DNA of 48,796 bases from Actinomycetes bacterium (GTDB lineage: Bacteria; Actinomycetota; Acidimicrobiia; Acidimicrobiales; Bog-793), in the NCBI GenBank assembly GCA_021796455.1, contig JAKACA010000004.1, positions 1 through 48,796 of the forward strand, read 5' to 3'. Under the pieces are notes generated by a model that was not told the origin of the DNA, made no database searches, and saw nothing but the letters and a program-made list of their open reading frames with translations. A program made the translations under genes and the position numbers. Positions 17,577 to 27,239 of the stretch are shown piece by piece. Each line of letters opens with the position of its first letter. Position 1 is the stretch's first letter.

Positions 17577-18749
17577 TCATCCCGCTGACCACGGTGACAC
17601 AGTGGCGCCGACGTCGCGCTTGGTGATCTCGTTCGCGATGACAAGGCGCTGTATCTCCGAAGTCCCCTCCCAGATCCGATCGACACGGATGTCCCGGTAG
17701 AGGCGCTCGACGGCATACTCGCGCATGTAGCCTCTGCCGCCGAAGATTTGCACGGCGCGATCGATGACACGTCCGGCCGCCTCCGAAGCTGAGAGCTTCG
17801 CCATGGAGGCTTTGGCGTGCAGTAGCTTACGCGGCATCCCGGCATCGGCCTCCGATGCCACCTGGTAGGTAAAAGCCCTGTTAGTGGCAATCTCGACCGC
17901 GCTATCCGCGAGCATCGCCTGGATCATCTGGTTGTCGATGAGCCGACGCCCGAACTGCTCGCGGCTCTTCGCCCACTGCGTGGCCTCCCGCAGGGCACGC
18001 TCGGCGCCGCCGAGCGCTCGTGCCGCGATCATCATTCGCTCCTCGACAAACCACTCCCTTGTAAGGTCGGCTCCTCTGCCAATGCCTCCAAGGACGCTGT
18101 CCTCGCCTACGAAGACCCCGTCGAAGCGGAATATCGGATGCTTGTAGACAAAGGTGTGCATGAAGCGCGGCGTGCGCTCGATGCTCACCCCTGGCGCGTC
18201 TCGCTCCACGAGGAAGAGCGTCGGACTGGCCTCCGGCAGCACGACTGCCATCACGATCAGGAAGTCTGCGACGTCGCCAACCGTGACGAACCATTTCTCT
18301 CCGTCAACGCGGTAGCCGCCCGCGACCGGTGTCGCCGTTGTCTCGATGGAGGTGTAGTCAGATCCCGCTCCCGACTCGGTGACCGCGTAGCAGTCCCTCC
18401 GCTCTCCCCTGATGGCCGGGATCAGGTACCGATCTCGCTGCTCGGCAGTGCACGCCTTGAGCGCGTTGGCTGGCCGCCACACGGTGTCCCACAGCGCGTT
18501 CGTGAGGCAGCCAAGCTCCTCCTGGACGAGTACTTGATCGAGGATCGACAGACCGACGCCACCCCACTGCTCAGGCATGTTGATGGCGTTCAGCCCAGCG
18601 GCAAGGGTGCTCTTCTTTATCACCTCGAGCGCCTCTGCCGGCAGACCGTCCTCGGCTTCGCACTGGTCCTCAAAGCCCATGATCGACTCGGCTAGATCCC
18701 TCGCCCGTTGCTTGAGCTCGAGCTGGGAACCGGTGTAGGTCAAGTCCAT
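17577..18749 (-). CDS. Acyl-CoA dehydrogenase
   Basis: AVTESGAGSD, GEKWFVT, REQFGRRL, AVQIFGGRGYMREYAVERLYRD and IWEGTSEIQR. GGAGG RBS before ATG 18749. Confidence 0.93.
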   Translation of the reverse strand: MDLTYTGSQLELKQRARDLAESIMGFEDQCEAEDGLPAEALEVIKKSTLAAGLNAINMPEQWGGVGLSILDQVLVQEELGCLTNALWDTVWRPANALKACTAEQRDRYLIPAIRGERRDCYAVTESGAGSDYTSIETTATPVAGGYRVDGEKWFVTVGDVADFLIVMAVVLPEASPTLFLVERDAPGVSIERTPRFMHTFVYKHPIFRFDGVFVGEDSVLGGIGRGADLTREWFVEERMMIAARALGGAERALREATQWAKSREQFGRRLIDNQMIQAMLADSAVEIATNRAFTYQVASEADAGMPRKLLHAKASMAKLSASEAAGRVIDRAVQIFGGRGYMREYAVERLYRDIRVDRIWEGTSEIQRLVIANEITKRDVGATVSPWSAG

Positions 18750-19178
18750 GATCTTCCTCCTCGAAGCGGGACGACTCGTTGTTAATATAACACTCATATT
18801 ATTATCACTGCGCGGCCTTCTGACCAGCTGAGCAGGCGCGCTCTCGCCTTGTCAAAGGCACTCAGCTCAGCGCGTTGCGGGCGGAGCCCAGCAGCCGACC
18901 GAGACCAACTCGGGCGGAGCCGGACACTCGGGCGGCCACTCGCATTAGCGCGCCTTTGTGCTTTAGGATTCAACGTGGATTTTCGGCAAGCGCCAGGACA
19001 TAGACTTGGCCCTTACCAACAAGGAGATCTCCGTCAGATGGACAGGAGGACTCCCTTGGGCAAGTGACGATCAACCGTCAGTTGCTCCCGCTGTAGCGGC
19101 AAGTTAGATGCCCGCGCCCGCCGTCCGCCGCCGGCGCTCGACAGGCGAAGGGCGCTGAGACAGGCGAGAATCGAGACC

Positions 19179-21770
19179 ATGAGCCAGACGACACGCGACA
19201 CCACGCCGGATGCAACCGCGGGCGGCGCCCAGGAGGGGGTGGCTGCAGCGCGGCCAAGCACCTCGGCCCGAGCCGTCATCATCGGTGCGGGAATCGTGGG
19301 CAACAGCCTCGCCTACCACCTGGCCCGGCTTGGCTGGCGAGATCTCGTCCTTGTCGACAAGGGACCGATGCCGAATCCCGGCGGTTCGACAGGTCACGCC
19401 TCGAATTTCATCTTTCCCATCGACTACTCGAAGATGATGCTGGAGCTGACAGCCGACAGCACGGCGCAGTACAAGGAGCTGGGCGTCCACATCGAGTCGG
19501 GCGGCATAGAGGTCGCCCGCACCAAGGAGCGCGAAGAGGAATTCCGCAGGAGGCTCTCGGTCGCGAAAGCCTGGGGCATCGAGGCCGAGATCATCTCGCC
19601 GAGGGCCGTTGCCGAGCTGGTCCCCTACCTCGACCCAGATGTCATCTTGAGCGGTCTTCACTTCCCGACCTGCGGAGTGGTCGACTCACTTCGCGCGGGC
19701 ACGATCATGCGTGAGCGCGCGCAGGGTCTCGGTGCCCTCGAGGTCCGGGCCAACACTGAGGTGCTCGGAATCGAGACTGGCGCCAGCGGCCATCGTCACG
19801 TGAGACGTGTGCGCACTACGAGCGGGGATATCGAGACGGGCATTGTCGTGATCTGCTGCGGTGTCTGGAGCCCTCGGATCGCCACGATGGCTGGTGCCCA
19901 CATACCGCTCACCCCGATCGTCCACCAGATGATCAGTGTCGGGCCGATCCCTCTGTTCGCAGGTACGGTGGGCGAGATCGGCTACCCGATCGTGCGCGAC
20001 GTCGACACGAACATGTACGAGCGCCAGCACGGCGGCGACATCGAGGTGGGCTCATATGCTCACCGTCCCATCATCGTCCACCCGGATCAGATCCCCTCGA
20101 ACGAGGAGGCCTCCCTCTCTCCCACCGAGATGCCCTTCACGAAGGAGGACTTCGATCCCCAGCTCGCCCAGGCGCTCGAGCTCATGCCCGAGCTGCTCGG
20201 AGACGAGCGGGTCGGGATCCGCTATGCGATAAACGGCCTCATCTCGATCACGCCCGACGGGCACCCTGTCCTCGGGGAATCACCCGAGGTAGGGGGCCTG
20301 TGGTCCGCGGCGGCCAGCTGGATCAAGGAGGGGCCTGGCATAGGTCGTGCCGTCGCCGAATGGATGAACGGGGACAAGCCAGAGATCGACATCCACGAAG
20401 CCGACATCGATCGCTTCTACCCCTTCCAGACAACTGACCGCCATGTCGTCTCGCGCGCCTCTGAGAGCTTCAACAAGATGTACGGGATCGTGCATCCGGC
20501 TGAGCAGTGGGCGGACGAACGCGAGATACGACTCTCGCCAATGCACCAGGCCACGCGCGACCGTGGAGCGGTCTTCTTCCAAACAGCAGGTTGGGAGCGC
20601 CCCTCTTGGTACGAGAGCAACTCCTTGCTGCTCGATCGCTACGGCGCGAGGGTAATGCCGCGCGAGGCCGAGTGGGAGTCGAGATGGTGGTCGCCGATCA
20701 TAAATGCCGAGCACCTCGCGATGCGCGATGGCTGCGGACTCGTCGACCTCTCCGCCTTCGCTGTACTAGATGTCACGGGTCCCCGCGCCCTCGACTCCCT
20801 ACAGAACCTCGCCGTCGCCCAGCTTGATGTCGCTGACGGCAGGGTCGTCTACACGTCGTTCCTCGACGAGCTCGGCGGGTTCGTCGCCGACCTGACCGTG
20901 ATGAGGCTGTCTGGCGACCACTTCCGCGTCGTGACCGGAGGAGCGGGCGGCATGACCGATCGCCAGTGGATCGTGGACCACCTCCCGGCCGACGGCTCTG
21001 CCCAGCTCGCAGATTTGACCTCCGCATGGACGACCATCGGCCTGTGGGGTCCGAACGCCCGCCGCACCCTCGCGGCCACAACGCCGGACGACGTCTCCCA
21101 CGAGGCCTTTCCTTTCGGCACCTGCGCGAACATCGAGATCGCCGGAGTCGTCGGGCTCGCATCTCGGATCTCCTATGTCGGAGAGCTCGGCTGGGAGATA
21201 TATGTCCCTTTCGAGCAGGGGGCCCGCGTCTGGGCAGCCCTCTACGATGCCGGGCAGGCTTACGGGCTCGTGCCCGTCGGGATCGGCGTCTACGGCACGA
21301 CCGGCCGTCTCGAGAAGGGCTACCGGGCATTCGGAAACGAGCTCACGGCTGACTACAACCTCGTCGAAGCCGGCATGACACGCCCCTCGGTGAAGGCTCA
21401 GGAGTTCATCGGAAAGCGGGCCTACCTCTTGCAGCGCGACCAGCCAGCTACCGCAACACTTTGCAGCTTTGTCGTCGATGACCACACCGCCTCTGACGGG
21501 CGCAAGCGGTACATGCTCGGCGGCGAGCCCATCGTGAGCGCCACTGGCGAACGCATCGTTGACAAGAAGGGACGCCCTTCATATGTGACCAGTGCCGGGT
21601 CGGCTCCCTCGCTCGGGCAACACATCCTCCTTGGCTACCTGCCCAGTGAGCTGGCGGTAGTCGGTAACCGGCTGAGCGTCGAGTACATGAGCGAGCGCTT
21701 CCCGGTCACTGTCGCCGTGGCGGGCTCGACTCCGCTGTTCGACCCGGACAACGTGCGGGTGCGGTCGTGA
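19179..21770 (+). CDS. GcvT-family FAD-dependent oxidoreductase (dimethylglycine/sarcosine dehydrogenase-like, with C-terminal folate-binding domain)
   Basis: IIGAGIVG, GSTGHA (covalent-FAD His position of DMGO/DMGDH), ITPDGHPVLG, GWERPSWY, RISYVGELGWEIY and RLEKGYR. Confidence 0.9.
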   Translation: MSQTTRDTTPDATAGGAQEGVAAARPSTSARAVIIGAGIVGNSLAYHLARLGWRDLVLVDKGPMPNPGGSTGHASNFIFPIDYSKMMLELTADSTAQYKELGVHIESGGIEVARTKEREEEFRRRLSVAKAWGIEAEIISPRAVAELVPYLDPDVILSGLHFPTCGVVDSLRAGTIMRERAQGLGALEVRANTEVLGIETGASGHRHVRRVRTTSGDIETGIVVICCGVWSPRIATMAGAHIPLTPIVHQMISVGPIPLFAGTVGEIGYPIVRDVDTNMYERQHGGDIEVGSYAHRPIIVHPDQIPSNEEASLSPTEMPFTKEDFDPQLAQALELMPELLGDERVGIRYAINGLISITPDGHPVLGESPEVGGLWSAAASWIKEGPGIGRAVAEWMNGDKPEIDIHEADIDRFYPFQTTDRHVVSRASESFNKMYGIVHPAEQWADEREIRLSPMHQATRDRGAVFFQTAGWERPSWYESNSLLLDRYGARVMPREAEWESRWWSPIINAEHLAMRDGCGLVDLSAFAVLDVTGPRALDSLQNLAVAQLDVADGRVVYTSFLDELGGFVADLTVMRLSGDHFRVVTGGAGGMTDRQWIVDHLPADGSAQLADLTSAWTTIGLWGPNARRTLAATTPDDVSHEAFPFGTCANIEIAGVVGLASRISYVGELGWEIYVPFEQGARVWAALYDAGQAYGLVPVGIGVYGTTGRLEKGYRAFGNELTADYNLVEAGMTRPSVKAQEFIGKRAYLLQRDQPATATLCSFVVDDHTASDGRKRYMLGGEPIVSATGERIVDKKGRPSYVTSAGSAPSLGQHILLGYLPSELAVVGNRLSVEYMSERFPVTVAVAGSTPLFDPDNVRVRS

Positions 21771-22540
21771 TGGACATCCTTGTGTGCATTAAGCGTGTGC
21801 CGATGGTCGGTGGGCGCATCAGCCTCACCCCCGACGGGCGCGGGGTCGATACCGAGATGCTCGGTTTCACGATGAGCCCGCACGAGGAGTGCGCCGTAGA
21901 GGCAGCCGTTCGCCTCGTCGAGCGCGATGGTGGCTCGGTCACGGCCCTGACGCTCGGACCGCCCGAAGCAACCGATCAGCTCCGTGACGCGATCGCCGTT
22001 GGAGCAAATGCGGCGATCCTTCTCAAGACCGACGGCAGGGAGTGGGGCCCGACCGCGACTGCCGCCGCGATCACGGCCGTGGCCGAGCAGCACCAGGCTC
22101 AGACAGGGCGACCCTACGACCTGCTCCTCTTCGGAAACGAGGCAGCCGACACCGGCGACTACCAGGTTGCCGTGCGCGTGGCCCACCTGCTCGGCCATCC
22201 CTGTGCGACCGGGATCAAGCAGCTTGAGGTAGACGTCCACGGAGTGCACGCGAGACGCGAGTACCGCGGCGTCACCGAGCTGTTCGAGCTCCCACTCCCT
22301 GCCGTGCTGAGCGTGAAGGAGGGGATCAACCTGCCGAGATACCCATCGCTCCCGGGCCGCATGAGAGCGAAGAAGGCCCAGATCGACGAGGTGGACCCAG
22401 AGTGGCAGGGCGACGGCCTGAAGCTCGACGGATTGCGAGTCCCGATATCGGAGCGACGCCAGGCCGCAATCCTCGGTCATGGAGTCGAGGCCGTGCCGGC
22501 ACTCGTCGATCTGCTCGAGCGGCTTGGGGTGCTGTCATGA
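21770..22540 (+). CDS. etfB: Electron transfer flavoprotein beta subunit
   Basis: ILVCIKRVP, AVEAAVRL, LLFGNEAADTGDYQV and INLPRYPSL. TGATG coupling to the upstream gene. Confidence 0.9.
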   Translation: MDILVCIKRVPMVGGRISLTPDGRGVDTEMLGFTMSPHEECAVEAAVRLVERDGGSVTALTLGPPEATDQLRDAIAVGANAAILLKTDGREWGPTATAAAITAVAEQHQAQTGRPYDLLLFGNEAADTGDYQVAVRVAHLLGHPCATGIKQLEVDVHGVHARREYRGVTELFELPLPAVLSVKEGINLPRYPSLPGRMRAKKAQIDEVDPEWQGDGLKLDGLRVPISERRQAAILGHGVEAVPALVDLLERLGVLS

Positions 22541-23601
22541 GCGTCGTGTGCTTCGTGGAGCAAGACGCGGAGGGCGTGATCGTGGACTCCTCGCTGCGGG
22601 CCGTGACCTTTGCCCGTATGCTTTCAGACCAGAGCGGCGAGGAGATCGTCGCGGTGGCACTCTCGGCCAGAGCCCGTGGCTCGGGCGGCGCCGGACCAGG
22701 CAGCCTTGATGGCGCCGGGCGGAATCCGGCTGAGGGGAGCCTCTCCGAAGGTGTCGGGCAACAGGGCCATGAAGTCCTTGGGGCCTACGGCGTGGGTGAC
22801 GTCTGCCTACTGGTGCTGCCGCGCACGGTCGGCTACGCCCCGAGAGCGCTCGCGACCGGACTTGCCCAGCTCGCCGGCGCAGCCCGCGCATCGGCCGTAA
22901 TAGCAGCCTCCACGGACCACGGCAACGAGGTTATGGCGCACCTCGCGGCCCTCAGCCACCTCCCGATGGTTGCCAACTGCTCCGAAGCGAGGCGCGTAGG
23001 TCCTACTACCTTGCAGCTGAGCCGCCAGCGATGGGGAGGGAGCCTCATAGAGGACTCAGTCCTCGAGGCTGCGGTGGCTCTCCTCACTGTCGCCACGGAC
23101 GAAGTGGCACCGGTCCTCGCGCCGGCTGCCAGCGAGCCGGCGGCACGGACTTTCACCCCGGAGCTGGCCGAGACCGACATCGCCGTACGCGCGATCGAGT
23201 CTCGCGACGCCACCTCAGGGGTCTCCCTGGCCAATGCCAAGGTGGTGGTGAGTGGAGGACGAGGGATCGGTGGGGCTGAGGGTTTCGCGGCCGTCGAGCA
23301 GCTCGCGGGTCTCCTGGGTGGCGCAGTCGGCGTCTCGCGCGCGGTCACGAGCCTCGGCTGGAGGCCCCACTCGGAGCAGGTGGGCCAGACCGGCACGCGC
23401 GTCTCGCCTGATCTCTATATCGCGTGTGGGATCTCGGGCGCCATCCAGCACCTGGCCGGATGCCAGAGCGCCAAGGTGATGGTGGCGATCAACACCGACC
23501 CTCAGGCTCCGATCATGGGACGGGCGGACTACGCCGTCATCGGCGATGTGAACGCCATCCTGCCGGCGCTCGTGGACGCACTTTCCCAGAGGAGCCGCTA
23601 A
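22537..23601 (+). CDS. etfA: Electron transfer flavoprotein alpha subunit
   Basis: VVVSGGRG, QVGQTG, PDLYIACGISGAIQHLAG, INTDPQAPI and ADYAVIGD. ATGA overlap. Confidence 0.93.
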   Translation: MSVVCFVEQDAEGVIVDSSLRAVTFARMLSDQSGEEIVAVALSARARGSGGAGPGSLDGAGRNPAEGSLSEGVGQQGHEVLGAYGVGDVCLLVLPRTVGYAPRALATGLAQLAGAARASAVIAASTDHGNEVMAHLAALSHLPMVANCSEARRVGPTTLQLSRQRWGGSLIEDSVLEAAVALLTVATDEVAPVLAPAASEPAARTFTPELAETDIAVRAIESRDATSGVSLANAKVVVSGGRGIGGAEGFAAVEQLAGLLGGAVGVSRAVTSLGWRPHSEQVGQTGTRVSPDLYIACGISGAIQHLAGCQSAKVMVAINTDPQAPIMGRADYAVIGDVNAILPALVDALSQRSR

Positions 23602-24209
23602 CCGCCTGCCCTGCTTGACAGCCGCTCGAGCTCATCGGCAAGGCCCGTGATCCCGGTGTCGATGACCTCGAGCGGCAGGGAGAGCATCTCGGCTATCGCA
23701 TCTGCACGGAGCTCCAGATCGGCGGTGCGTCGCTGGGCCAGCCACACAACCCGGCGGTAGTTGCCGAAGTAGTCAGGCCAGAGCTCGGGGTAGCGGTCGA
23801 GTCCGAGCTCTTGGACCACCGTGCGCTCGAAGCTGCGCACGAGGAAGTCGGTAAGGACATAAGTCCCCGGCTCCTCCGCGAAGACCGCCTCCACCACCTT
23901 GGAGCCGGCGAACACGTCGTAGCAGTGAAGGCCCGCGAGACGCTCTATACCGAGAGAGGTGCAGATCTCGTCAAGAGCGCCATAGGTGCCACAGTCCGCG
24001 TAGGCGACGACAACAGTACGGCCTTCGCTTTGGAGCTGTCCCGCCATGCGCGCGACCTCGCCCGCAATGAGCTCGGGGTGATTGTGCAACAGCGGTGGGA
24101 GGGTCCGAACCTCGACCCCGTCACCGGCTCTTGCGCTTGACCGCAAAGCAGCACGCACTTCGGCGGCGATGGCACCGCAGGCTATGACGACAACGCCCGC
24201 GCGCGCCAC
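23598..24209 (-). CDS. DUF1638-domain protein (corrinoid methyltransferase/RamA-associated)
   Basis: VIACG..AEV, LPPLLHNHP, YADCGTYG, HCYDVFAG and PGTYVLTDFL. GTG start 24209 with GGAG RBS; the ORF-track start at 24350 overlaps the upstream gene. Confidence 0.8.
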   Translation of the reverse strand: MARAGVVVIACGAIAAEVRAALRSSARAGDGVEVRTLPPLLHNHPELIAGEVARMAGQLQSEGRTVVVAYADCGTYGALDEICTSLGIERLAGLHCYDVFAGSKVVEAVFAEEPGTYVLTDFLVRSFERTVVQELGLDRYPELWPDYFGNYRRVVWLAQRRTADLELRADAIAEMLSLPLEVIDTGITGLADELERLSSRAGG

Positions 24210-24273
24210 GTCGCTCTCCGCTTCCTTCGACGACCCATCAGGCGCACTTGCGTCGCCAAGCGCGGCTGACCCA

Positions 24274-26145
24274 TCAGGGCCCCGCGGTGGGGAACTGCAG
24301 CAACTCGACGAAGCGGTCGTTGAAGTCAGCGCGATCGGAGAGCTCCACATACTTCACCTCCTCGAGCAGTGCCATGGCTCCGGCGCGCTCGCGGATGCTT
24401 AGGAGCGCCATCTTCGCTCCCTCGCCGGCGACGTTGCCGGCGCTCACAACTCTGAGCACGGGGAGCTTCGGTACGAGTCCGAGCCGGACTGCATTTGCGG
24501 GCGAGAGGTAGCTCCCGAACGAGCCGGCGAGCAACACCTGCTGGACATCTCCTGGCACTATCCCGGCGTCCTCCAGCAAGAGGTTCCAGCCAGTGGCGAT
24601 CGCGGCCTTCGCGAACTGCAGCTCTCGCACGTCGCGCTGGGACAGGTAGATCGAGGAGCTCGCCTCTCCACGCCAGTGCAGGACAAAGACGCGCTCGGCG
24701 CCCACCGTCGTCAGCCGAGCCGCTACTCCCGGAGCGATACGCGCAGCCACCTCCTCGGCAACAAAACGCCCCGAGCGATCCACCAGTCCGCAAGCAACCA
24801 GCTCTGCCACCGCGTCCACGAGACCTGATCCGCATATCCCGATCGGTTCCGCGTCGCCGATCACGCGCAGCTCGAGTGCGTCGGGCGATATCCGCACCCC
24901 TTCGATCGCTCCGGTCGAGGCCCGCATCCCACATCTGATAGCCGCACCCTCGAACGCTGGACCCGCCGGGGCCGCCGTTGCGAGGATCCGCTCGCCGCTC
25001 GCGAGAACGATCTCGCAGTTGGTACCGATGTCGATGAAGAGGCGGGTCCGCGGGTCACGATCCATGCCCGACGCGAGCAGTCCTGAGATGATGTCACCGC
25101 CGACGTACGCCCCAAGTGCCGGGAACACCACGGCCCGAGCCCGCGGGTGAATCCGAACGCCGACGTCGCTCGCAAGAACCTCTGGCCACTTGCGCGCGGT
25201 CATCACAAACGGTGCCATGCCGAGCGGCTCGGGGTCGATGCCCAGCAGTATGTGGGTCATAGTGGCATTACCTGCGACAGCTACCTCGTAGACCTCGGCC
25301 GGGTCGACACCTCCTTCGCGGCAGACGTCGCGAGCCAACTCGTCGAGAGCTCCGTGAGCGAGGCCAGTCAGCCGTTCGAGGGCTCGCTCGTCCATCATTA
25401 TCGTGCTTATGCGAGTGATCACGTCTGCCCCGAAAGTCTGCTGGGGGTTGAGCTTCGAGGCCACCGCGACTGGTGTCCCGGTAACGAGGTCGAGGAGGGT
25501 CGCCACCACCGTCGTCGTGCCGAGATCGAAAGCAATGCCGAAAATCCGCTCGCTCGTGTCACCCGGCTCCAGGTCGATGAGGGCCTCATCTACCACCACC
25601 GCAGTCACGCCAGCCTCCGGGCCGGGGCTGTTCTGGTCGGCCCTGAGCAGCTTGCCGATCCGCCGGAGAGCGTAGAGATCCACCTTCAGCTCGAGATCGT
25701 CCATCGCGGCAAGGATCCGCTCGACGTCGCTCGTCTGGTCCGAGAGGGACGGAGTGCTCAAAAGGAGGTGGCGTTTTTGCACCGCTGGGCGGAGGATGAC
25801 CTTGCGTCCCACCCCGACGGTGGCGGCTTTGGGTCTCGTCTCGAGCGGTGGAACGTCGACGTCGAGGTCGGAGTGGACCTCGACGCGACAGGCGAGGCGC
25901 CACCCCTTCTTGAGCTGGTCGGGGAGAAAGGCCCGCGTGTCCAAGGCGGTAATCGGCGCGTCCCCCGCGAGGATCTGGACCTTGCACTTCTTGCACGTTC
26001 CGTGCCCACCGCAGGTGGAGTCGATCGCGATGCCGTTCCAGCTGGCGGCATCGAACAAGGTCACCCCTTCCGGGACGCGGACCTGACGACCACTCGGCTC
26101 GAAACGCAGATCGACCCGGCCGAGACCGTCGCGTACCGTGGTCAC
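24274..26145 (-). CDS. Reductive activator of corrinoid proteins (RACo/RamA-like; [2Fe-2S] + ASKHA ATPase, DUF4445)
   Basis: CGGHGTCKKC...RLAC, FDLGTTT, NPQQTFGADVITR, DIGTNCE, AGPAFEG, ICGSGLVD, QFAKAAI and AGSFG. Confidence 0.92.
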   Translation of the reverse strand: MTTVRDGLGRVDLRFEPSGRQVRVPEGVTLFDAASWNGIAIDSTCGGHGTCKKCKVQILAGDAPITALDTRAFLPDQLKKGWRLACRVEVHSDLDVDVPPLETRPKAATVGVGRKVILRPAVQKRHLLLSTPSLSDQTSDVERILAAMDDLELKVDLYALRRIGKLLRADQNSPGPEAGVTAVVVDEALIDLEPGDTSERIFGIAFDLGTTTVVATLLDLVTGTPVAVASKLNPQQTFGADVITRISTIMMDERALERLTGLAHGALDELARDVCREGGVDPAEVYEVAVAGNATMTHILLGIDPEPLGMAPFVMTARKWPEVLASDVGVRIHPRARAVVFPALGAYVGGDIISGLLASGMDRDPRTRLFIDIGTNCEIVLASGERILATAAPAGPAFEGAAIRCGMRASTGAIEGVRISPDALELRVIGDAEPIGICGSGLVDAVAELVACGLVDRSGRFVAEEVAARIAPGVAARLTTVGAERVFVLHWRGEASSSIYLSQRDVRELQFAKAAIATGWNLLLEDAGIVPGDVQQVLLAGSFGSYLSPANAVRLGLVPKLPVLRVVSAGNVAGEGAKMALLSIRERAGAMALLEEVKYVELSDRADFNDRFVELLQFPTAGP

Positions 26146-26239
26146 CGTGACCTCGAGTCATACAACTGCCATTTGCAGGGGCCGTAAAGATGAGCTCCGC
26201 GAACCAGGAACGGATCGACCACCTGTCTCACGGTGGCAA

Positions 26240-27187
26240 TCAGCTCGCGCCGAGCGACGCAGCCGGCCCGCCAACGGCGGTGCCTGCGCCCGGCTCGGCC
26301 TCGGCCGCTGCCTGCGCGGCCGCTGCCTGCGCGACCCCTACCTGCTCGGCACGGTGACGAGATATCCACGACGCGCCCCACGGGTCGCGGTCAAGCAGGA
26401 GGTCCGCCGCCTTGGCCGCCCTCACGATCTCTGGAGAGCGTGCGTCGACTATCGCGCTGGTCAGCCCTGCAACCATCGCCATCGGCAGGAAGGCGGCACC
26501 GATGGCAGACCGATTCGGCATCCCGAAGGAGACGTTGGAGGCACCAAGGGTCATGTTCAATCCGAACTCTGACCGTATGAGTGAGATTGTGTCGAGAGTG
26601 CGGCGGACAAGCACGGTGTCAGCGCCGATCGGCATCGCGAGGGGATCGATGACAATGTCCTCGAGTGGGATCTGGTACTTGCCGTTTGCCACGTCCAGGA
26701 TTTTGCGAACGAGCTCAAGCCTGCGCTCGGGCTGCTCGGGAATCTCCTCCTCGTCGTTGGGCAGGCAGATGATCGCCGCTCCGTGGCGCTTCACGAGCGG
26801 CAAGATCGCGTCCATCCTCTCGTCCTCGGCGGTGACGGAGTTGACGAGCGCCTTTCCCTCATATGTCGCTAGCCCTGCTTCGAGCACCTCGATTATCGAT
26901 GAGTCGATCACGAGGGGAAGATCGGTGAGGCTCTGGATGAGTCGGACGGCCTTTCTCATCAGCTCCGCCTCGTCGGCAAGGGGCACGCCCATGTTCACGT
27001 CGAGGACCATCGCACCCCCAGCCACTTGGTCGGCGACATCTCGCTCGATCCTGGAAAGATCGTCGGAGCGAAGCTGCTCCTGGAAGAGCTTGCGCCCCGT
27101 CGGGTTGATCCGCTCCCCGATTATGCAAAACGGCTGGTCTTCGCCGATTACGACCTCTTTGGAGGCCGAGCGGAGAACGGTGTGCAC
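26240..27187 (-). CDS. Pterin-binding methyltransferase (stand-alone MetH folate domain / methylcorrinoid:THF methyltransferase, MtgA/AcsE-like)
   Basis: IIGERINPTG, LDVNMG, PLVIDSS, LVNSVTAE, IDPLAMP and GASNVSFGMPNR. Confidence 0.88.
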   Translation of the reverse strand: MHTVLRSASKEVVIGEDQPFCIIGERINPTGRKLFQEQLRSDDLSRIERDVADQVAGGAMVLDVNMGVPLADEAELMRKAVRLIQSLTDLPLVIDSSIIEVLEAGLATYEGKALVNSVTAEDERMDAILPLVKRHGAAIICLPNDEEEIPEQPERRLELVRKILDVANGKYQIPLEDIVIDPLAMPIGADTVLVRRTLDTISLIRSEFGLNMTLGASNVSFGMPNRSAIGAAFLPMAMVAGLTSAIVDARSPEIVRAAKAADLLLDRDPWGASWISRHRAEQVGVAQAAAAQAAAEAEPGAGTAVGGPAASLGAS

Positions 27188-27239
27188 GTGATACCTGTCC
27201 TTCTTGTTGATCGAGGGGGATACCGGTTGACCCTGGAGC

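Noticed and set aside
18950-19178. Known riboswitch (glycine, THF, ZTP, SAM-I/IV, cobalamin) before the GcvT-family gene
   Set aside because: Conserved cores not found by eye. Kept only as an unassigned structured-leader candidate.
19179-21770. gcvT of the glycine cleavage system
   Set aside because: 863 aa with an N-terminal FAD/DAO domain and no gcvH/gcvP; this is the dehydrogenase-type fusion.
26240-27187. folP (dihydropteroate synthase)
   Set aside because: GERINPTG and GASNVSFG match the MetH/AcsE pterin-binding methyltransferase branch, and the context is corrinoid.
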